From assembly GCA_018985225.1 (NCBI GenBank), contig JADGIF010000023.1, forward strand, positions 4,517 through 36,516: a stretch of 32,000 bases of DNA, written 5' to 3'. The position numbers and the translations under genes were made by a program. Each line of letters begins with the position of its first letter. Within the stretch, counting starts at the first letter, position 1. This stretch comes from Amoeboradix gromovi X-113. Its lineage: Eukaryota; Fungi; Sanchytriomycota. The notes under the pieces are model-generated. The model saw only the letters and a program-made list of their open reading frames with translations, was not told the DNA's origin and made no database searches. Below, in pieces: positions 20,601-28,848 of the stretch.

Positions 20601-21688
20601 TTCAATACATGCTGGTAAGATCGAATAAACATGATTTTCGTACTTCTTTTTATGATATGACTGAAGCTTAATTATCTCTATTTAAAAAAGCTAGCCAATA
20701 AATCTGGTTAATTTTAAATAATATAGTATTTGCCATTTACACCTTTGCCCAATCGCTTTCAAAATACAGACGAACAGTCCAAGACACCCATATCTCTTTT
20801 GGAATATCGTTAATGTAATCACTTATAATGTTAACTTAACAAGAACATGGAATAACATGATGTATTTCCATATTTAATGAAGTTATATACCTTTGGAATA
20901 TTTTGGGAAGCATTTAGGATATGATTCTCTAAGTTTAGGACTACCTTGCAGCAAGCCATAATGATCTGGAATCTTTAAAGCATAATCATATCTTTCTTGT
21001 CAAATTTCTTGCCAGGATCATTAAGCAATTGCTTGAAAGTATGACCAAATGCGTAAATGACCAACTCAATCGGAATTGGATGCATTAAGTGTTGTTTGGA
21101 TGCTGTAAATAATGGATTTGTTGCTTTATCAGATGTATTTTGTGATTTAGAACATCGGAAATAGAGATTTAGAAAAGATTCTTTACGTAGAATGATTGAT
21201 GATCTAGCATATGCAATTGATGACTGGCAAGAAACAATGTTGCAATTTCTATTTCCACGACAAAAGAAGAGCTAAGCAATGATTTAGGACTACAGAGCAT
21301 GAAAAGAGAAACATTTATTGGGGAGATGGTTCCTATGGTCATAGTAAAGGGAATCCAGTAGTTCCAAATAAGTGGTTGATATACGCATTATGTAATAGAG
21401 CTAGAGTGATTACTACACCAGAATTCAGAGCTTTCAAGTTGTGTTGCAATTTTCATCACGATTTGCCAAAAGAGATGGCATCCGTTCATGGCCAAACAAA
21501 ATCAATGTATATATACAAATTGTAATGTTACAGTTGATCGTGACATCAATGAATCTATAAAAATAGAACAAGTTGTAAAGAGTTATTGTTGCACCTATGA
21601 GAAACCAAAGTGGCAAGAATTGGGCTTTGATGCAAAGATTCCTTTGGGACACACATTATGTACATCAATCATAACTTCTATTCAATAG
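20601..21688 (+). pseudogene. Decayed Fanzor1 (eukaryotic TnpB-like RNA-guided endonuclease)
   Basis: Colinear fragments across frames: KHLGYD (~20908, RuvC-I-like), HRK*RFRK...MIDDLA (~21153), IYWGDGSYGHSKGNPVVPNKWLIYAL (21313), VITTPEFRAFKLCC (E at 21421, RuvC-II plus Zn-finger start), CIYTNCNVTVDRDINESIKI (D at 21542, RuvC-III), then EKPKW. The 5' boundary is approximate. Confidence 0.85.
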
Positions 21689-21917
21689 GGTTAGTTTCTG
21701 ATTGCATGTCTCATGTGCAATTATAAATATAAACTAATTTAATGTTTCTAAGAGCTCCATAGTACCAAGAAATGAGCAAAAAAACACCAAACCAACATTA
21801 GCCCACTCATTAAAGAAGTTTGATTGTATATCTGAGTGCAGAGAGCATATTAATAGAACTACAGCTAAAGGGCATCCGAAAGAGCTGAAAATAAATGATT
21901 TGAATTTCAACTATAAT

Positions 21918-22379
21918 TTACTCCTCGTTAAAAGTCCTGATTTCCGAGAAAATCGAGAATTTCCACAGAGAAACTAATGCTAGATGCTCCGTTACAGTGA
22001 TTGCTCACGCTTTCACTACCCTGAGGCGGGATTGAATAAGGATGCATATACTTGATGTATATGTTCCTTGCTTGCATATGGTCTCATCTATCTTCAAATG
22101 ACAATTGGTACAGGTTCAGGTTTCTAAATTGGTTCTCTTTAGAGTGCCACAAATTGTACATGGCATCGAATTTCCGTGTTTGAACTAGCTTATCAGTCTG
22201 AGACGAATCTATGCTGTACCTGCTAGTTATTTCTTTAGATTTGACATATTCAGGATTACATCTATTAATTCCATTTACCATTTGCGAAAAGGAAGAACAT
22301 CCAGTATTTAAGCTATTGGAAAAGTCATAAATTATACAAAAATGCATACAAATTCGCGATAAATCATTTATTCAAGAAA
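21918..22379. repeat. Dispersed repeat copy B (see 139-585); decayed REase-domain fragment on the minus strand (includes ORF 22084-22347)
   Basis: Direct alignment to 139-585 with a ~25-nt extra block near 22245-22272; the minus strand reads KFDAMYNLW...NLNLYQLSFEDR. Confidence 0.9.
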
Positions 22380-22583
22380 ACAATCGAGCCATAGTTTTTG
22401 CTACCTATCCGAGGTAGCCTTTGGTATCGCTGTTATTTATCAGCCTTTTTTAGTCCCAATACGTTATTGTAGTCTCTTTAAATGCCTGTTCTAACTTGCT
22501 TCAGTTATCTTAGTATTTACCCGGGCTCCCGCTAGTTTTTCTAGCAATTGGTTTTTATACTTAAAATCTCCTTGTTACAATTA

Positions 22584-24750
22584 ATGGGATTCAACAAATT
22601 TTACCAGTTTGGAATCACTTTTGAGCCCAATTTTCTTGATCGCACAAACAACTACGATATTTACGAGTGGCGCCAATTAAAACAAGATTACATCAATCGT
22701 ATGAATATTTTCCAAAATGAAATTAATGGTTCCACTCCCCATCCCTCCCCATCTGTTGAGGTTGAAAAGTCTTTCATTTCAAACAACGATTCCATCATTT
22801 TGCCCAATGTTGTACCTGTTCCGTCCAATCAATTCCACAGCATATCTGTTCAAACTTCATTTATTAAATCTCCAATAAAAGATACGGATAACACCATAGG
22901 TTGTGCGGTTGATTCTGAAAATGTATCTGAGATTGATTACAGCCTCTTGGTTTATAAGGAGGCGTTTTTAAAATCTTCCAAATTAAACGATTCACCTGAT
23001 GCATCTGAAATACGCCTGTTCGCTGATGACGAATCACCATCTCCTATTATCAGTCCTCCAATAAATGTGCCTGCTTCCTCTCTTGCACTTCCATTTACTT
23101 CTGACCCTCAGGAGTTATTGAAGTCCGATTCTGTAGAAAACGAAAATACAAATCCTAACGATAAGCGAGACATTTCTTTCAATGAGCAGTCACCTTCTGG
23201 TCCATTCAAGTCTCATGTTCTAAACCGGATAGCTACAATTGTCGGACCTTCCCAGTCAACTCGTGTTCCTATTGATCAATCATCAAATGCTTCATCATTA
23301 CGTAATGCACCACTAGATGTTCCGTTTGATCAATCAAATCCTACTGATATAATGTCTACTTCTTCTGAAATTTCTCTCAACGATTACCTGTCTGAACTAA
23401 AACAGTTGATTTCTTATAATCAGGATCTTATGAATAAACCACTTGATATAATCCCCAACCATCATATTCCCAAAATTGTGGAATACTCTACCAGCGAGTT
23501 AGATGACTCACCTGATACACCCAAAAGGAGAGTCAGAAACAGGTATAGAAAGCCGGTTGAGAAATCTGCAGGTGATGAGCAGTTGGATGAACACAAAATT
23601 CTGGAAGTTGCGACTGCAAAGTCAATACTTGCTGCAGAATCTGCACTTAACTCACCAATACCCTCACCTCGTTTAAACTATTCCTCTACACCCCGTACTA
23701 GATCTTCATCGCGTATCGCCAATAGGCCAATTACACCCCCATCTGCTATATCTTTAAAGAGACCTTCTTCTGCAAGTAGAAAGCACAAAAAGACTAAGCT
23801 GTTAGATCTCGATGAAGCTGATCATCAGAATGTTGATGTCGATGAAGCCGATCATCAGAATGTTCATGACGATGCCCATGATGTCGTTGTAGCTGAACTG
23901 GAACCGGATGAGATATCTGAACAACAGTTGGATAATATGAATGAAATCGATAGAGCTGATGACAATGCTGTAGACAATGAGAATGGCAATTTACTGGATG
24001 ATTTGCTCAGCAAACATGAAGCCCCGTTGGATATTCCAGATATCGAGGAATACAACGAGATACAGCAACCGACACCTAAGCCAAGGAAACAAGCCAAAGT
24101 GCCTAGAAAGAGGGGAGTGAAAAATACAAAATCAACACCTGTGGCCCAAACCGGTGCAATAGGATTGAGAACTAGGAAAAAGAACTTGAGAAAGTCATTT
24201 ATCGACAATGAATGGGTAGACGCAGATAACATCAGTAACAAACAAATGAATGTTGTAAGCAAATGTGATGACGGGGAGTACATAGTAATTGAAGAGATAG
24301 AAAAGACTATACATGGTGTCAAGAGAGACAAGCATAAAAAAAGTGCTAGCAGGAAAAGCGTTGATGTTAAGTCAGCAAAAAAGGATAATAAAGATACTGC
24401 AGTTCCGTTTAAAATTGCGAATTCAATCGTAAAAAAACCGACTGTAAAGCAAGTAAAGCAATCCACTTCTGATGTATTCATTGATTTAAAGGAACAGGAA
24501 AATTATCATATTGGATACATAGGACTCACAAAGGGTGTGGAGTTGAATGGGAAAGAGATAGGAAATGCTGTGTATATAGTAAGTAGTGGAAGAGTAACAT
24601 TTAATCGGAACAATGAAGAAGATTGTATCGGACAAGCTAAAGATGTGCTGATTGTGAATAAAGGTAACAATAATTAATTTAGGAAGCAACTACTCCATAA
24701 CGTGTGAGAGTGCTGTTAGTATACTACAAGTACGAATAATATATGATTAG
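22584..24750 (+). CDS. MIF2: Probable centromere protein C (CENP-C/Mif2); proposed join 22584-24663 + 24683-24750
   Basis: Long disordered S/P/acidic/basic body and a C-terminal cupin (HIGYIGL...VYIVSSGRVTF...VLIVNKG). The cupin is completed only after intron removal (GSNYSITCESAVSILQVRIIYD). The CENP-C motif is only weakly recognisable (GLRTRKKNLRKSFIDNEW). Confidence 0.68.
23811..23870 (+). repeat. 30-nt in-frame tandem duplication (DEADHQNVDV/DEADHQNVHD)
   Basis: gatgaagctgatcatcagaatgttgatgtc followed by gatgaagccgatcatcagaatgttcatgac. Confidence 0.9.
24664..24682 (+). other. Putative 19-nt spliceosomal intron GTAACAATAATTAATTTAG
   Basis: GT-AG ends; it contains the ORF's TAA. Removal restores the last cupin strands, and the new stop (24748-24750) is followed closely by TAAATAA, like other genes here. 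Confidence 0.88.
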
Positions 24751-25016
24751 CAAGATAAATAACAACAGAGCACCAGAGTAACTAATGATGTTTGTAATAA
24801 ACTACAGTATGTGTATTATATGCAGCCCAAGATTATTAAGCTGCTCCACTATGCTGATTGTGTGGCCATTAGTATTCAGATTTAAATAAAACGTTTTTTT
24901 GCTTTTAAACTGTCTTGCCGGATTTCAGTAGAAAAAGTCATCGAATAGAACAGTCATGTCTTTAGAGGTCTTGTTCGACCTGAATGATTTTATTAAATCC
25001 CTCGAAACACAATTAT

Positions 25017-27284
25017 ATGCTAAGCAGGATAAGCAGACTATCTACAAGCACTATTAATCAGCTTCTATATAACATTGGCAGTAAGAATGAGGTTGAATGG
25101 TACTTGAATCATTTCAGCAGTGCAGATCAATTTGCTGTAATCAAAGTTGGTGGCGGCGTGCTGGAGCAGAACTTGGATGAGCTATCCACTGCATTGGTTT
25201 TTCTTCAAAATGTTGGTTTATATCCTATAGTAGTTCATGGAAGTGGTCCTCAGATGAATCTTGAACTTGATAGGTTGAATATTAAAAAACATTATGAGAA
25301 TGGGATCCGAGTAACGGATCTAGACACTTTAAAAGTAGCAAAACGTCTTTTTGTTAAGCAGAATATAAAGCTTTGTAATGCTATTGAAAAGCTCGGCACT
25401 CGTACCCGTCCATTCTATTGTGGGATATTTGAAGCCACTTATCTTGATAAGACTAAATATGGATATGTTGGGAATATCACTAATGTAAATAAGCAGCTTT
25501 TGAAAAGTGCTATTCATCATGGTGCCTTGCCTATCTTGACCAGCTTAGCTGAGACTGAAACCGGTCAGACTCTAAATATCAATGCTGACGTAGCAGCTGT
25601 GGAACTAGCTAAAGCTTTGAAACCTCTTAAAATTGTTTTTATAAATGAATCCGGTGGCATGTTTGACAACCACAACAATAAAATCAACGTTATAAACATG
25701 GATCAAGAATATTTGCACTACATGCAATTAGATTGGGTAAAGTACGGGACTCGTCTTAAATTGGAGCAATTTAACAATCTTTTGCTTCAACTACCGCGAT
25801 CTTCCTCCATTTCTATAACTAAAGCTAACCAACTTCAGCGTGAGTTGTTCACTCACAGGGGTGCAGGCACATTGATCCGTCGTGGCTTTAAGATCAACAA
25901 GCACACTATGTCTACAGTAGATTTGGCTCTTCTAAAATCCAAGTTGTCTAATTATTATTTATTCAAAAAGATAACGCCTGAGTGCTTTTTTGGATTATTA
26001 AACAACTGTTCGATTTACTGCGATGAACAGTTAGATTGCATAGCTATTGTGCTTCTGATGGACGATATTCCTACGATGGTTACTTTTCATTCTAATAACA
26101 ATGCTCGGTTGCATGATGTCGATGAGTTGATTATGGACAGAGTGTTGTCTGATTATCCTAGTCTAATGTGGGTCATCAATATTGATGACCCCAACAAGTT
26201 ATGGCATTTTAAACAGGCTCAGGGTACTTTGAAATGCGAGGATGACATTGTTTGTTGGATTGATAATGATTTGCAGCATGTTACACAGCAATACAAGAAA
26301 TATAAGCAATACTTTAAGAGACAGCATCATACCTTGGCTAGACGTGGCCATTCTTCTAGCCCTAAGTTCTCCGTTGGTATTGTTGGTGCTAGGGGACATG
26401 TTGGTAACGAATTGCTCAAACTACTCGACAATCACTCATGCTGTGAAGTCTCTGTTGTAGGCAGCAGAAGTGTCGGTATAGTGGAGCAGTACACTCGCAG
26501 CAGGGTGGAATATACGCATGTTAAACCAAGCAATATTAACGATTACAATGTAGATGTATGGATACTAGCACTACCTAACGGACACGCGCAACCTTACGTA
26601 GATGCTCTGAACACGAATAATGGTTCTGAGCGCCCTCGCATAATAGATTTATCAGCCGATTATAGATTTAACAAAGAATGGACTTATGGATTACCAGAAC
26701 TAAATAGAAGTAAGATCAGATCTTCCAGGCTGATAAGTAACCCAGGGTGCTATGCTACAGCATGCCAGTTAGGAATAGCGCCCCTAATTACAAGGCTGAA
26801 AAGTTGCAACATATTTGGAGTCAGTGGATACAGTGGAGCAGGGCACATAAACGATAAAGTGATACATGGAATCGAGGAAGATAATATACAAGCATACAAA
26901 TTGCAGCAACATATACATGAGAGGGAAGTTAAAGAACATACTAGGGAAGTTACATTCACACCACATATTGCTAGCCACTATAGAGGAATACTGGCGACGT
27001 TACAGATACGACTAAACGACAATAGCAATAACAAGCAGTTACTGGACATATACAGGGATTATTATAAAAATGAAGGATTGATAAAGATTAAAGAAGAAAT
27101 ACCACGATTACGAGATATCATGAATAAAGATCATGTAGAAATTGGAGGATTTAGTGCGCATGGCAATTCTGGAGTGATTGTATGTACTTTGGATAACTTG
27201 TTAAAAGGTGCAGCTACACAATGCATACAGAATTTGAATTTAATAATGGGAGTACCAGAATATACTGGGATATTGGATAAATAA
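25017..27284 (+). CDS. ARG5,6: Mitochondrial acetylglutamate kinase + NAT-like (DUF619) + N-acetyl-gamma-glutamyl-phosphate reductase polyprotein
   Basis: FAVIKVGG, VVHGSGPQ, LNINADVAA, ELFTHRGAGTLIRRG (kinase); VGARGHVG, IDLSADYRF, SNPGCYATA, SGYSGAG, DNLLKGAATQ (reductase). ATG at 25017 gives an Arg/Ser-rich presequence; an alternative ATG is at 24984. Confidence 0.96.
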   Translation: MLSRISRLSTSTINQLLYNIGSKNEVEWYLNHFSSADQFAVIKVGGGVLEQNLDELSTALVFLQNVGLYPIVVHGSGPQMNLELDRLNIKKHYENGIRVTDLDTLKVAKRLFVKQNIKLCNAIEKLGTRTRPFYCGIFEATYLDKTKYGYVGNITNVNKQLLKSAIHHGALPILTSLAETETGQTLNINADVAAVELAKALKPLKIVFINESGGMFDNHNNKINVINMDQEYLHYMQLDWVKYGTRLKLEQFNNLLLQLPRSSSISITKANQLQRELFTHRGAGTLIRRGFKINKHTMSTVDLALLKSKLSNYYLFKKITPECFFGLLNNCSIYCDEQLDCIAIVLLMDDIPTMVTFHSNNNARLHDVDELIMDRVLSDYPSLMWVINIDDPNKLWHFKQAQGTLKCEDDIVCWIDNDLQHVTQQYKKYKQYFKRQHHTLARRGHSSSPKFSVGIVGARGHVGNELLKLLDNHSCCEVSVVGSRSVGIVEQYTRSRVEYTHVKPSNINDYNVDVWILALPNGHAQPYVDALNTNNGSERPRIIDLSADYRFNKEWTYGLPELNRSKIRSSRLISNPGCYATACQLGIAPLITRLKSCNIFGVSGYSGAGHINDKVIHGIEEDNIQAYKLQQHIHEREVKEHTREVTFTPHIASHYRGILATLQIRLNDNSNNKQLLDIYRDYYKNEGLIKIKEEIPRLRDIMNKDHVEIGGFSAHGNSGVIVCTLDNLLKGAATQCIQNLNLIMGVPEYTGILDK

Positions 27285-27786
27285 ACTGCTTATATTAAAA
27301 TGGCTAGGCTTCTTTTGGTGTTTTAATGAACATTTGGCTTAAATTTCAAACTTTAATCACTGAAACTTAAGGATTGTAGATTAGTGTTTCTGTAGCTAAT
27401 ACTGTGGATATGAATGATATAGCAGTAAAACTTTAATATCAGTACAAGGCTATTTCAAGTATCTGTAACATAGATCTCACTCAACGAGTCTAACCAGTCG
27501 CTATGCCCACAATCTTGTTTTGAATTGATGATTTGGACATAAAACAAATACTCGCGACTCACATGTAAGATAGAAATTTCCGAGAGAGAAAAATAAGACT
27601 CGAAAAAAAGAAAAAAAAAGAAACAAAAGAAAGAAAAGAAAAGTAAGTAATCCAAGCTTTAGCATAAATTAGCTATTACGTTGACGTTTTCCTGATATTT
27701 GCTATTTTCAGAAAAATTGCAGGTGTACAAAGGTCTGACTGTCTGAGATAGCATTTAAATAGGAACTAGAGCCATTCAGATACTAA

Positions 27787-27981
27787 ATGACGACTTTGAA
27801 AATTAATACTAATGAAGAAATCATGACAGAGATTAGAGGCTATTACGATGATGATGAGGTGCATAGTTTAAGAGAGTTGATATCTGATTTAGAACAAGAC
27901 TTGTTTGACATTAACGTAAGATTAAACTATTTGAGATCGTTGGAAAAGAAGAAGCAGCGCAAGCTGAACAAATCCAAATAA
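27787..27981 (+). CDS. Small hypothetical coiled-coil protein with basic tail, 64 aa
   Basis: ATG start, heptad pattern LRELISDLEQDLFDINVRLNYL, and a stop embedded in TAAATAAA as in XRN1, FOX2 and ARG5,6. Confidence 0.5.
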   Translation: MTTLKINTNEEIMTEIRGYYDDDEVHSLRELISDLEQDLFDINVRLNYLRSLEKKKQRKLNKSK

Positions 27982-28031
27982 ATAAAAATCAATTTAAGCG
28001 TTACTAGACTAATGGCTAATTAAGCCACTTT

Positions 28032-28694
28032 ATGTTTTGGATTGCACTAGACTTAATTAGTGCTCAGACTACTATCGATACTATTAACAACTCTGATACC
28101 ACCAGTTTAAGCAGTATTATCTCAAGCGGATATGAAGCAACCTCTTATGGATATCTGACTGCAAACACGTCTTTGAGTGATTTTGTGACATCTAAAGAAA
28201 TTAAAGGGAAGATAAGCAATTATAAAATTAGCACAAACAATGAGAATATTAGCGATAACAAGAATGTCAGCGATAACGAGAGTAAGACGCTTTTACTTCA
28301 AGCAGAGAGAACCAGATCGGAAGAAACGACTGAGTTTATGTACCCATTTACAGCTTCACACGAAATTGGAAGCCGATATGACTTTGGTGGAATAACAACT
28401 GCATCTCTAAAGTCTTCTAAAATTTATACGAATACAGTTTTAAATTATGAAATATCAAGCACTGATCAAGCCAGTTCATTTCAGACAGTAGAATCGGTAT
28501 CTGTTGACATTTCAAACTTGCCTAATTTTCCAGAGCCAAAGAAATTCACTTCCTTATTTAGTAATTTGGAGGGATTGTTTGTGTTTATAATTTTTTTGGC
28601 TATTATCATTTTACTGTTTGTAATTGTTGGTTGCAAGTTATGTTTCCCAAAAAGGCGTTCTGAAGTTAAATTCGCTAGCCACGATATGTTGTAA
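28032..28694 (+). CDS. Type I membrane protein with S/T-rich ectodomain, 220 aa
   Basis: Short signal-like N-terminus, S/T-rich region, a single TM (LFVFIIFLAIIILLFVIVG) and basic stop-transfer residues PKRR. Confidence 0.8.
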   Translation: MFWIALDLISAQTTIDTINNSDTTSLSSIISSGYEATSYGYLTANTSLSDFVTSKEIKGKISNYKISTNNENISDNKNVSDNESKTLLLQAERTRSEETTEFMYPFTASHEIGSRYDFGGITTASLKSSKIYTNTVLNYEISSTDQASSFQTVESVSVDISNLPNFPEPKKFTSLFSNLEGLFVFIIFLAIIILLFVIVGCKLCFPKRRSEVKFASHDML

Positions 28695-28848
28695 TTTAAC
28701 CAACAAAGGCTATTAGGATTATATCTCAGAGTGAAATTCGATTCTTATGCATTTGAATAAATACTTTTAATTCAAATCTCAGTTGACTTTGTTTTAGAAT
28801 TTTAGTATATTAATGGGTTGAAAATTTTCATGGCTTGACTTTCGTCAG

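Noticed and set aside
27455-27655. 66-aa Phe-rich minus-strand ORF
   Set aside because: Artefact of an A-rich low-complexity tract (27600-27642) with a non-ATG start.
27643-27662. GTAAGTAATCCAAGCTTTAG, a 20-nt GT-AG segment after an A-rich tract
   Set aside because: It lacks the TTAAT branch motif and no convincing flanking exons could be built; not called without RNA data.
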